From Felis catus (lineage: Eukaryota): a DNA stretch of 64,000 nucleotides. The stretch lies in contig NC_058368.1 of the NCBI RefSeq assembly GCF_018350175.1, positions 179,554,001 through 179,618,000 of the forward strand, written 5' to 3'. Below the pieces are notes generated by a model that did no database searches, was not told the origin of the DNA, and saw nothing but the letters and a program-made list of their open reading frames with translations. Made by a program: the position numbers and the translations under genes. Of this stretch, positions 51,800 to 63,780 are shown piece by piece (within the stretch, counting starts at the first letter, position 1; each line of letters begins with the position of its first letter).

Positions 51800-51970
51800 C
51801 ATTCATTCATTATTTAATCCTTACCGTAATGTTAGGGAGTACTTACTATTAGCCTCCCATTTACCAGTAAGGAAACAGAGAGGGTCCAGAGAGGTTAAAT
51901 AATTTGGCCAAAGTCTCAATGCTGTGAGATATGGGGGCAAGATTTGAAAGCAGCTCTCCCTGCCTCCAGA
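51800..51970 (-). mobile_element. MIR SINE
   Basis: cccatttaccagtaaggaaacagagagg...agaggttaaataatttggccaaagtc. Confidence 0.7.
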
Positions 51971-54900
51971 GCAGATGACATTGCCATTGTCCCATCCTGT
52001 GCATCTCCTTAAGATCTAAGTAGTAAGGACAAGATGTGGTTACAAATCAAAAGCCTGCTTGTTTTGTGTGCCTTGTAAATAGACTCGGAAGGGGCTTCCT
52101 CCACCAAAGGTGGAGGACTCCTCTCTCAGCCCTTCCCATTCCCTGCAGCCTCCTCCCTTCCCTCCGAGATATCTCTGCAGACGGTCTGGGAGACATGCGC
52201 AGGCCTTGCTACAGAATCAGATCTCTGAGTCAGCCCTTGAAAAAAAGAAATCTCTTTGCTGGTTTTATTTTTCTTGGTTGATTTATTTGACAAGGACCCA
52301 TTTTGTACATCATTTTGGAATTTCAAAATCTTTTTTTATCTCCAAAGGTCTGTCTTAAAAAGCTGAAGAAATAAAAGAGAGGCTATGTATGCTATTCCCT
52401 GTGTGATGCTTTCTAAACCAAGGCTCTGCCTTTTTATTTTGTGACCCTGAGAGCACACAGGTTGCAGGATAGGGGCTGAGAAGAGCTAAATCCCAGCAGG
52501 TAGGAGTCCGATTTTCACTAATCCCTAAAGACACATCTCTGTCACTGTTGTTTGACTTGTCAGGACACCTACGTTGCTAAACCCCACAGAGGAAGAGCAA
52601 GCACATGAATTATTCACTTTCTGACAGAGCTTCTCTGGTGAGATTAGGTGTTGCAACCAGCCAGCAAAAGGAAATGTTCCCAGCTCTGGCTGGCTGCAGA
52701 TACAATCACTGTTGATCTTTACCTGGAGGTCCATCAAGCCCCACTCTGAGGCCTTCAGTAGAGATTCTAGCCTGGTGTTCCTGGGGTCACAGTTTCAGCA
52801 GCAAGTCATTTCCAGAGGAATCCTTTATCCTGGCACATGGCATGTCAGATGCAACCAAAAGAGGCACCAAGCTTCCCTGGAACTTTCTCCACTTTCACAT
52901 GTGTTTCAGCTGAGGGAAAAGCACCAGGGGCGGGGGGCTAGGGGGAGGTTGGGAGAGCCTCTGACTGAATTTATAGTTGCATTTAATAACCCATGCAACT
53001 CAATTTATTAGGTCACAATGCCCCTTTGAACTGTGGCATGAAATTTTGCATGCATAGTCTGGTTTCTCCAGTGAGAAGCAGACCTTCCCCATTCAGTTTT
53101 GTGTCCTTGTTGAATGAAATGTCCATGCCTTGACCATTTTGGTTAAGAACAAGCTTTGATCAAGCGTGGGCTGGGGCATTTCACCATGGCCCTTGATGCT
53201 TATGTCTGCTGACAGTGGCTAAAGCACTGTACCCACCCATGTGGATTACCATCCGTGTACCAACTCTGCATGAAAGGTCTGCATCTGCAGACATTCTTCC
53301 TCCTAAAGACGCTTAAAGCAGAGTTCTGTGTCTTTTTTTGCAAGCTCTGCTTTCTGTTTTGCTAAGAATAAGTTATGGCATAACTTTGTCTGTTTCCTTA
53401 GACCCTTCTAATTGAACCAAGAAGTTCAGGGCGATGATGTTTTTTGAGCGGTTTCCAAATCTCAAGGCGTGGAAATCAGGGAAATAATTCGCTTAGATCG
53501 TGGAATATCTTTTTTTTTTTTTTACCACAATCCTGAGAAGTAGAGTTTGGTTAAATGGCACCTGAGATCAATTCAAATGAGCGAATTTATATTGAGCACT
53601 TACTGTGTGAAAAATCCCTTGCTAGTGATGATGGGAGATAGCGTTCAAGACAAAATGGAGTCTATTGACTTCTGAGTCATGATTTGCCTTGTAAGAGTGC
53701 CAAGGTGTAAGAGACATAACATTTTCATTTTTATGATTTTTTTGTGATGTGTATTAGATAAATAGCTCTTCAAATGCATGGCCCTGTGGGTGATTTCACT
53801 ATGAATGAGAGTAAAGCAGGCATTTAAGGAAAATAAAAAAGGTGAGTTAACTTAGGAATACATTAAGTAATAATATAGATGATACCTAGAAGTGATAACA
53901 AGGTAGTTGGTGATTTATTAGAATATCAAAAGCCACTATCCTAGATGTACTGAAACACACATCTCCAAGGAAGCAAGTCAGTTTATTATTCAGGAAGGTA
54001 AGCCAAGGGCCTTTGAGTATTTGACGATACCTGGTCATTAGCTTGCATGGCTCACTGCACAGCCAAGCCATGATGGATGTTAATGAAATTGCTCACACAT
54101 GTCCTTGTGTACTTCCCATCATCCACACAGCAGTAACATTGAGATGTAGACCACTTCCTGCCATCTTGACTATCCTGATGTGGAGGAGACATGGTAGAGA
54201 GAAATGAGGTTCCCATTAAGCTTTGCGCATCCCATTCCAAGCATTTGCATTGGAAGGGAGATGCTGGAGACATGATGAAAGGCGGATACAGCACCACAAG
54301 CTAGATGGCCCAAGGTCAGAGGAGAGACAGAGGTAAAAGGATGTCTTGAGGCATGGGGACTGCTGGTCTGATGTGCCACAGCTAGTGACATCCCATCCCC
54401 TGCAACAGAAGCAATGTATAAACCCCACCACACACCCCTCTGAGGAGCCTTAAACCCATTCAGATGTGTAATACTGTTGAGTGCAGTGAATAGACTAATA
54501 TCGTCTTGGCATCTCTGCAGTGACTAATTTGTGGGCTCTCTGATTTTGTTCTGAGTTAAGTGGTCTTTATGTTCCAATTCTGGCAGCACTGAACAGTGAT
54601 ATATTGTGTCCACGATTCCGCCCGGTTTATTGGCGCTCACATAATGACAGCCTGTTGAATGGGAAGAAGTAGTGCGTAAACAAAACAGCCTGAGCTGGAG
54701 GGGCAGCACTAATTTTCTGAGCCATGTTTGTTCTGAGTTAGGCGTGAGATTTTCTTCTATCTGTGTAAGTTGGGATTTTGAAACTTGATATGTATATAAC
54801 TTCACATTTACACTTGGAGTTCCAAAAGAGCTTAAGTTTGATTACATGGGGAAATCAAAAACTAGCGTAAAGCCATCTTTGCCTGATAGAAAAAGTGAAT

Positions 54901-55486
54901 TCTGGAGTCCTGACTCCTCACAGTGCCTGGGAGAATCCCTCTAGGTTTGGGATCTCAGGAGTGAACACAAGACACCCCACACTAAGGAAAACCCTGAGGG
55001 CCTATCATGGGCAGAGTCCTTTGTCCTAAGAAGACAGATCAGTTGATTAATACAAAGAGTGGGAGCTGGAAGTAGAGGCCATGTGCAGGGTCACACACGG
55101 GAAGGGTCTGGTACAAAAGAGGAGCCACTGTTGGTGTGAGGATTGAGGTGGATGATGTATGTTTGTCTTGAAGTGTGTTTTTCATTGTTGACATGTGTCT
55201 AGTGTGCTTTGTCAGAAAGGAGTTGGTTTGAAGAACCAGTTTAGAGTGGACACATGAAATGATTGTATTTCTCACTAATTCCATATACTTTTTATTGTTA
55301 TTATTGACTGGTTTTGAAATTGAAATTAGCAGATACTACGTATTCATGGTACAAACTATTAAGGACTAAAAGTGTATAAAAGAAAGTGTCCCTGCTTTAC
55401 CTGATACCTGGTTCCCCTTCCCAAATGTAGCCGTTGTCTTGTTTTTTGTTTTTGTTTTGTAAATTTCCAGAAATTATTCTTATACA

Positions 55487-55707
55487 GGGTCATCTGGGTG
55501 GCTCAGCTGGGTAGGCTTCTGACTTTGACTCAGGTCATGATCTCACAGTTCATGAGTTCGAACCCTGTGTCAGGCTCTGTGCTGACAGCTCAGAGCCTGG
55601 AGCCTGCTTCAGATTCTGTGTGTGTGTGTCCTCTCTCTCTGCCCCTCCCTTGCCCACACTCTGTCTCATTCTCTCTCTCAAAAAAAAAAACATTTAAAAA
55701 ATGAAAA
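55487..55707 (+). mobile_element. Felid SINEC
   Basis: TSD aaattattcttata at 55471-55484 and 55708-55721. Confidence 0.94.
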
Positions 55708-55911
55708 AAATTATTCTTATAGATACTTAAGCGTGTGTGTGTACATATGTATTTATGTATATATGTGTCATTTTCTACACCAATCAGAACTCTATCCATA
55801 GATAGAGAAGATAATCATTTACTTGGTGTGGTTGAAGGAAGCCAGAAGGTCCCATATCCAAAAAAACATATGCCCAGGGCCTACCATGGATCCAAGGTTG
55901 TTGTTGTTGTT

Positions 55912-56116
55912 TTTTAATTTTTTTAATGTTTATTTTTGAGAGACAGAGACAGAGCATGAGTGGCAGATGGGGAGCGAGAGAGGGGAAGACACAGAACTCA
56001 TAGCAGACTCCAGGCTCTATGCTGATAGCCTGAGGCAGGACTCAAACCCATAAACTGTGAGATTATGACCCGAGCCGAAGACTGATGCTTAACTGACTGA
56101 GCCACCCAGGCTCCCC
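55912..56116 (-). mobile_element. Felid SINEC
   Basis: ttttaatgtttatttttgagagacagagacagagcatgagt...ctgagccacccaggctcccc. Confidence 0.92.
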
Positions 56117-56169
56117 TGTTTTTTTTTTTTTCAACTATTTGAAAATTATTCTTTAGATTTTAAAAAATT

Positions 56170-56405
56170 ATTAAGACTATTTTTTTAGAGCAGTTTTAGG
56201 TTCACAATAAAATTGAGGGGAAGGTACAGAGATTTGCCATATGCCTCCTTCCCCTGTACGTGCATAGCCTCCCCCATTGTCAACGTCACCCACCAGAATG
56301 GGAGAGTTGAGACAATTGAACCTACCTTGACACATCAAAATCACTCAAGAAAACACAGTTTTTATTACTATTCATTCTGGGTTGTACGGTCTCTGGGTTT
56401 GGATT
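56170..56405 (-). mobile_element. L1MC-type 3' terminal fragment
   Basis: agactattttttagagcagttttaggttcaca..aaaattga..ggaaggtacagaga...gaacctaccttgacacatca. Confidence 0.75.
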
Positions 56406-57254
56406 TAAATTTTTTTTTTTCTCTTAATTCCAAATTAAGACTTCTCTTGCAGTTGACTAGGATTCATCTGCCCGTTTGTGAATGAAGAGGGCCTGTTTGC
56501 AAGTGGGTTGATTTTAGTATCTTTTCCCTGCCTGTGGGGGCCACATGGGGGCACTTGGCCCACTGGGCACTGTGGTGTGCAGAGCAGCATGGGGTCCCAA
56601 GGACTGGCAGGGGCTGAATGGGAAAGCCATGAGTGCAGCAGGACCAGAGGCGGGGAGTGAGGCTGTGTCTGACTGTCACAGAGGAGGAGGGGAGCCAGGA
56701 GACACTACTGGAGAATTGGGGGCTGGGACAAGAGCCCCATACTCACTCGCATTGGCCACCTGGTGCGTGGTGTGTAGGTGGTGAAGAGACAGCACAGAGG
56801 AGAAATCACAGCCTCCATGCTTGCGTCTGCATCTGTCTCCGCACGCACACAGAGACATTGAGTCTCTGCAACCAGAGACTTCTTGACAACTCGGGGTCTC
56901 AAAAGACTTCTGAGAGCAGCAGGGAAAGAGCCACTGAATGAATGCTCACCTATAATCATGTGCCTTTGTTGACAGATGCCTGTCTTTGTACTTAGTGTGA
57001 TAAACTGCTTCTGTGATTTCATCTTTTGAATTTCCATGTTGCTATTCCTTGGGATAGGAATAGGCATCCCAGAAAGTGTCACCACTTGCTTGTAGCTGAG
57101 GCTGAGTAAGATGAGAAGCCCTCCCTCAGGCGGGGTGTGGAATCGATCCCTCCCAAGATGGGGCGAGCTCCTTGTTGCATGCCTCAGTCAGCCCACCCTT
57201 GCCTTTTGTGGGCAACACAGGATGTCCCGGCCACACAGGATGGACAGATGGCAG

Positions 57255-57525
57255 GAGAGCAATGGTCAGTTAAGGCACAGATGAGGTGCAAGGGGCATTG
57301 GGCACCCTGCCAAAATCCTAGTTCTGCCACTTACTAGTGGGGTGATGAATCATATAATAAGTAACTTAAGTTCTCCAAGCCTTGGTTTTATCATCTGTAA
57401 AATGATATAAGATAAATAACGGTCTGGACCTTATAGGGTTGTTGAGAGGATTCAATTAGTTAAAACCTACAAAACCCTTAGAACACTGCCTGTGAGCACT
57501 CAAAAGAGGTTAGGTGTTGCTGCTA
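57255..57525 (+). mobile_element. MIR SINE
   Basis: aatcctagttctgccacttactag...ccttggttttatcatctgtaaaatg...tagggttgttgagaggatt...cttagaacactgcctg. Confidence 0.8.
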
Positions 57526-58019
57526 TTATTCTGGAAGCTTGTTCTGCTTCCTTTGTCAGTTGATAGCACTGTCTGTAACAAAGGTGGGTCAGTCCAATCC
57601 TATGGCCTTTCTCTTCCTTTTGGCTATAAACCACTGCTGGGCTGGGCCTGAGGTTGACCCAATTCGTATCTGCATCGGTCTTCTGCGAATGTGTCCTCTG
57701 GAGGCCCGGGTGTGTTAGCTGATCTAATCAGGGGAGGGATTCAGGGCCCATTCCAATGTTTAAGTTGGCACTCAGCCTAATCTTGTCTGTCTTGAACTGT
57801 AAGTCCAAGAAGATGGGCCAGATCTGGTTCAAGTACTCTGCAGGGTGGAGCCTTTCAAACATTTGGAGTGATAAATAAATGTATCTGGGGAGGGTGGCTG
57901 GGTTGGTGGTAGCTTAATCATAGTTTTACTGTTTCACTCCTTTGAGACCATCTTGTTACCTGAAGAGAGTGGTCAGTTGGACCATCATTCTGCCCCCTGT
58001 CTTGGACACTGGGTTTTTA

Positions 58020-58230
58020 ATAACCATTGCTGGCATTAATTGGGCATTTACCAGTTATAAGCTTGTGTTAACCACTTCCATATGCATGGTTTGGGGCAAG
58101 CCTCAGAACTACCCGATGAGTCAGCTTGATTGTTTTTTCCTCTGCCTAGATGAAAAAAATGGAAGCTTGGAGATGTTAAATCACTTGCCTAGGTCACAGA
58201 TGTTGTAAGTGCAGAACCAAAATTGATGCA
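58020..58230 (-). mobile_element. MIR SINE
   Basis: agatgaaaaaaatggaagcttggagatgttaaatcacttgcctaggtcacag. Confidence 0.65.
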
Positions 58231-58244
58231 GCCTGTCTATAGAG

Positions 58245-58395
58245 CTCTAAACTCTCAGACCTTAATGTTCACACAAGTCACCTGGAGATATGGCTAACAG
58301 GCAGAGTTGGTTTAGCAGATCCCAGGCATGACCTAAGAAACTGCATTTCTTACAGGCTGACCTGTTGGTCCCTAGACCATGCTTTGAGTGACATG
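58245..58395. mobile_element. MER5-family relic
   Basis: aagtcacctggaga...ctgcatttcttacaggct...ggtccctagaccatgctttgagt. Confidence 0.55.
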
Positions 58396-60195
58396 GCACC
58401 AAACCAGGAAGTCACATAGCCTTGACCTGACATGTTATCTTTTTGGCTGGGTCTAAGGGTTGACCTCACACACAGTTCCCTGAAAGCTATCAGCTCACCT
58501 CCTCTTGGTGAAGATGATGTCATACAGGGCTCTCCACAAGTGATGCAATAAACAATACACTCTTAGAGTCTTTGGCAAAGGTACTTGTTGAGACCATTGC
58601 TCTGCCCTTAAAAGGTCTAAGAATGCATCCTACTTGACTGACTGAGGGCCTTCTGTGCCCCTGAATGTTTCTTTTTTTCTAGTCTTAGCTGGGTTTCTGG
58701 ATTTGAGACCTAGGGGAGGCTACTATGACCTTAATTTTTTACCCAGACCTCTTTCTCTTGTGCTCCCCATGTCTCTGATCATCGTCTCATTCACCCTTTC
58801 ATTCCCCCAGGCTCAAATATTTTCAGGAGTTTGAATCCTTCCTTAACCCCAGCCTTCCTTCAGTTGTCAAATCTCAAACTAATTCAGCCCGCAGAATATC
58901 TCTGACATCTCTGCCTTCCAAAACCTAGAGAAAGGGACAAGGCCCTGATCACCTCCTGATAAAAGAGGCGGGTATTTATTAGATAGCCAGTATGTGCATT
59001 ATCTACTTCACTGAGCTCTATCACTATCCAGCAAAGGCATTATCAATTATTGCCATTGGTCTGATGATATACACAAGAGTTAAGATACCCAGTCACTCCA
59101 GGTCACCCAGAAAGTAACTTTTGGCTCCAGGACTGAACCCTGAGCATCCAACCCAACCCTCTCACTCCTAACCCTATGCAATACTGCCTCTGTCCTTTCT
59201 GTCCATCTCCACTACAGCTAGAGGCACCACGATCAAACACATTTGGTCACTTGTTCATTCACCAGCTACCTATTAGGACTCCAGTATGTTCCAGCACTAT
59301 GTGAGGTGCTGGTGATTACAATTGCTAGTGATACAGGTATACTCCCTACCTGTGTGGAGTTTCATGTCAGTAATCACATTATTGCTACTTGCTAGCCATG
59401 TGACTTTTATTGGGTAATTCAACTCATATGAATCTATATGGCCCATATGAACCTCCATTTTCTCATCTGTAAATGGGAATTGTTACAGTACCTACCCCAC
59501 TGGGATGCTGCAGATATCAAACAAGGTCATGTATGTAGCAGTTAACACTGGCATATAGTAGATGGACAATATCTTACCTGAAATTGCATGTGAATGAAAT
59601 CTGTGTTCCTCAGCATGCCATTCCAAAACTTTCATTCCAAGCACCCATGTATCACCCAAGATAAAGCACTGTTCTTTCCCAGGTATGGCACACTTTTTCC
59701 TGATTCCATGATCCTACTCAAATGCTACTTTCCTTTGTTGTGATGGTATCTTACCTCTTCTCCACTCTCAAACTCCCACCTACTCTTCAAAGCCCAACAC
59801 AAATGTCACCTCCTCCACTAAGCCTTCAATCTCACCTGTGTAAGAACAGCTCTCTGTCCTGTGATTCTCTTGTACTCTGTCTCCCATGTAGTATGGAATC
59901 ATGCTTCCTTGTGTTCTAGTTTTTGAGTCTGCCTCCCTGGCTTTTCACTCATTAGCAAATATTTCACGCACATTCACTGCATGGTAGGCACTGTGCTACC
60001 TGTGGAGGTATATAATGGAGCTAATAACTGTCATGATACCTCTTTTCACAGAGTGTACAGTCTAGCACAGCACTGTCCAATAGAATGTTCTACAGTCGTA
60101 GAAGTGTTCTGTCTCTGCATTGTCCGATATGATAGCCATTAGCTGCATGTGGCTATTGAGCACTTAAAATGTGACTAATGTAGCTGAGGGACTGA

Positions 60196-60506
60196 ATTTA
60201 TTTATTTTGAGAGAGCGAGAGAGAGTGAGCGAGCACAAGCAGGAGAGGGGCAGAGAGAGAGGAAGAGAGAATCCCAAGCAGGCTTCACTCAGCATAGAGC
60301 CCACTGCAGGGCTCAATCTCATGACGGTGAGCTCACAACCTGAGCCAATATCAAGAGTTGGTCTCAGTATTTAAGAATCTCTCATGGTTTGCCTCCCTCC
60401 CTCTTCCCCTCCCCCTGGGTGTTGTATGGAAACCAATTTGACAATAAATTATATTTAATATAAAAAAAAAGAGTTGGTCTCTTAAGTGACATCCATCCAG
60501 GTGGCC
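60196..60506 (-). mobile_element. SINEC interrupted by a small L1 insertion
   Basis: SINE body breaks at aagagttggtctc and resumes after the duplicate copy of that 13-mer. Confidence 0.9.
60366..60468 (+). mobile_element. 103-bp felid L1 3' end with 5' inversion
   Basis: ctgggtgttgtatggaaaccaatttgacaataaa plus poly(A) forward; the reverse complement of upstream 3'UTR (gggagggaggcaaaccatgagagattcttaaatact) at 60366-60414; 13-bp TSD. Confidence 0.9.
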
Positions 60507-60516
60507 TTTAATTAAA

Positions 60517-60695
60517 TTTTTAAGTGTATTTATTGGGGGGGGGGGGCAGAAAGAAAGGGAGGGAGAGAATCCCAAGCAGGCTCCGCACTGTCCACATGGA
60601 GCTGGTGTGGGGCCCGATTCCATGAACTGTGAGATCATGACCTGAGCTGAAATCAAGAGTCAGATGCTTAACAGATTGAGGCACCCAGGTGCCCC
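60517..60695 (-). mobile_element. SINEC
   Basis: gagaatcccaagcaggctccgcactgtc...gatcatgacctgagctgaaatcaagagtc...cacccaggtgcccc. Confidence 0.92.
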
Positions 60696-60777
60696 AATCA
60701 ATTTTAATTAAACTAGTCACATGGCTAGTGGACACTGTATTGGACAATGCAGGTAGTGGGAAAAAGCTGTTAAATAA

Positions 60778-60778
<1 letters not shown>

Positions 60779-60812
<34 letters not shown>
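60779..60812 (+). repeat. (CA)n microsatellite, ~17 units
   Basis: Direct reading. Confidence 0.95.
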
Positions 60813-60815
<3 letters not shown>

Positions 60816-63402
60816 CAATGGAAGATTACAGTTGTACTAAGTACTCTGCAGAAGGAATGCATGGTTGCACAAAGGCATACTAGGACATCTGACTTAGTAT
60901 GGGTGGGGTGGTAGTCAGGGAAAGTAATGATTTCCTGAGGTAGTAATGATTGAGCAAAGATCTGAAGCTTCTCAAAAGAAGGTTAGGAAGCATGAAGGGC
61001 ATACATGCAGATAAGCAAGCAGCATGTACAAATGGTCTGTGGTGGAAAAGAACATGTCCTATGAGATGATTTCTGAGAGTCCAAGAGCAAACACCATCTC
61101 CCTCCTTTCCTCTTATTTGAAATTTCCAAAGCACTTAGCACCATGCTTTGCACACAGTAGGCATGGAATTAAATTTCAAATTCGGATGTGTGAAGCCAGG
61201 GCCTCACTAACTATGCAACCTCACCCATTTCCTCCTCAGAAATGCCCCAGCTGGAGAGCCAGGAAACAGGAGCCTCCTAATCCATCTCTGCTGTGGTGGC
61301 TCCAATCACTAAGGAATCTTGGTTTTTGTCTCAGAGAACTTTCTTTACTATATATATGGCTGGCATCCTGCAACCTCCCACCTCTTAGTATTGTGGGAAA
61401 TTACTCCAGGTGTTGTTTGGAGGAGATGTGGCCATACGCAGGGGCTGGAATCACAAGGGAACCTGTATTTTGTACCATTTGTTCATTATTGGACAAACGT
61501 GTGAGTACTTACTACAAGCAGATGCTCTGCTAGGTGTTGAGGATGTGGTCAAGAGCAAAAGCAATAGTGTCCTTGACCTCACGGAGCTTGTATTGTGGCA
61601 AAGAACCTCAGGAATCCCAGCCTGTAGCAGCCAGGGCTACTAGCTCTTGGTGGAACCCACAGAGTGTTTGTGGTATTCTTTCATGTTCTCCTGGGTCAAT
61701 GCACAACTCAAACATGCTCTCCAAACCCAGTCATCCTACACTGGGGTCCCAAAAGCCTTGGACACAGAGTTGAACCTTCAGATTGCCCAGTAATTGAGCT
61801 GTAGACTTCTGAGACCTGTACATAATTTGCTATATATTCTCCCCAGGAACTCTGCCTTGCCTACAATTTGGGAGTGTGTGAACTCTACAAAGTCATCATC
61901 TTCTAATAAGAAGAAACAAATAACTCCTTGTTTACACCCCAGCTTGCAGTCCCCACACCAACTTCTTATTCACACCCTTGGCTCACAAAAGAGCTTAAAC
62001 AAAGTTTAGTTCCCCAAGGCTGGGGGAAGGGTGGAAAGTCTAATTTTTTTTTTTAACCTACTCAAGGTCTTGTCCAAACGAGTTGTCACCAAAAAATGAA
62101 AGCCAGATGTTATTTTAGTGAGAAATAAATATGTGGCCAAGCTGCAGATTGAACCTGAGGTCCCCCTGGATAGTTTCCACGTGTGTCGGTAGCTGGACTC
62201 CCAGGTATCGGCAGCCCACATTCTTTCTCTTGTCTTTTAGCTGAGGCGCAGCTCGCACAGATGGCTAATGAGCAATTAACATCTCAGCCTCACATCCTGC
62301 CATGGTGATACCCATCGGTTCATAAGTTAGATTCAAACCAGTGCCGTGAGTTGCCAGGGGCTGCTGAGTTCAGGGTGAGAGGCAGAGACCCATGTCTGGA
62401 AAAGGGGGGAGAGGACAAATTCAGGCTGAAAGTGCCGCCTCTAGCTTCTCAATGAGGGATCTGCTTTTGTTGGGAGCCCTTAAATCCTCGCAGGGAACAT
62501 ACTTCTGATAAACATCGAGGAATTACAGATGAAATCAGGGCCTCGGAGCAAAGAGCGGCCCTTTGGGGTTTAACATTACAGCGTGTTCTTCCTCAAGTCT
62601 GATTCAGTGGTGAGCTTTTCAGCCAAAGGAAGTGTTTTTGGTAATTGGCCGAATCTCCGTAGGAAGACCGCTGAGCTTGCTACTGCTTCTATCAGAGCAG
62701 TTTTCATCTCTTGGATTTTTCTCACACTTTTCAAGTTCTAGATGCAGTCGTTTGTGCCCTGGACTTTGAAATAGGTCATGCTGGTATTAGAACTTCCTTG
62801 GAGGACAGAATCGAGACGAGAGAGGGGAAAAGTGAGAGAATGGAGCTCAAAGGGTCAGTAGGGCCCAGAGTAGTGCCAAACCCCTGGGGAAAAGGCCAGC
62901 AGTATCAGACCCAGAGATTGTGGGTGAGGCATTTAGAGGGTTAGGCAGGCAGGCGATCCAAATTAGGAATGTGTGACCTCAGACTGGGTGCATGGCACAT
63001 AGGCATAGCAGGCCAGGGGGAGGCAAGGCTTCAGGCCCACCACAAAGACAGTGGGGGAGGAAGCCCAATGAAGGTCTGGATCACTGGCACTGAGCAAGGG
63101 TCTCTAGAGAAGGAGGGCTCTGCTGAAGGCAAGGCAGACCTCTAGCTTTGAGGAACCTCTCTGAGGTTTCTTCCTGTGTAAACTGAAGACAAAATCGTCC
63201 ATAGCTCATAGGGTTATTTTGAGGATGTAATAGATTCATCGTTGTCAAGTGTTTAAAAGGGTGACACTCAACAAATATTATTTCATGACAGAGTTTCAAA
63301 CATGAGGGAATAAGAAGAGGGACAGTTCCTAAAATACCAGTTTAATTCTAGGAAAGATATTTTTCAAACTAGGTCAGCTTGGCCTTTAAAACAGCATTCA
63401 TT

Positions 63403-63570
63403 GGGGCACCTGGGTGGCTCAGTGGGTTAAGTGTCTGACTCTTGGTTTTGGCTCAAGTCATGATCTCATGGTTCATGAGTCTGAGCCCATCATTGGGCTC
63501 CATGCTGACAGTGTGGAGCCTGCTTGGGATTCTGTCTGTCTGTCTCTCTCCCTGCCCCTCCCTTGCTCAT

Positions 63571-63619
<49 letters not shown>

Positions 63620-63652
63620 ATAATAAATAAAATTTAAATTAAAAAATTAATA
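63403..63652 (+). mobile_element. SINEC with long (CT)n
   Basis: ggggcacctgggtggctcagtgggttaag head; (CT)n at ~63573-63616; A tail. Confidence 0.93.
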
Positions 63653-63780
63653 AAATGTATCATTCATTTACTCATATATCCTTCATTCAATCTTTCCTTC
63701 TTTATTTAAGAAATCTTTATGGAGCCCCTTGGGTGTATAAGGAATTCTTCTAGTCCTAGGGATACAGTGTCAGTCTAGAA

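Larger units (their letters stand above)
60068..60752. mobile_element. MER3 hAT-Charlie element split by two SINEs
   Basis: Inverted termini cagcactgtccaatagaa / ctgtattggacaatgcag; internal tagctgcatgtggctattgagcacttaaaatgtg and tagtcacatggctagtg. Confidence 0.85.

Noticed and set aside
54690..54710. CTCF-like motif gagctggagggcagca
   Set aside because: The 5' half mismatches the core consensus at several key positions.
61024..61533. 169-aa ATG ORF
   Set aside because: Overlaps L2-like relics, no domain features; this length is expected occasionally by chance in 64 kb.
4509..63630. Family of similar short ORFs beginning MAQSV.../MTQLV.../MVSAQVMIS...
   Set aside because: All are translations of SINEC copies from GTG/TTG pseudo-starts, not a protein family.
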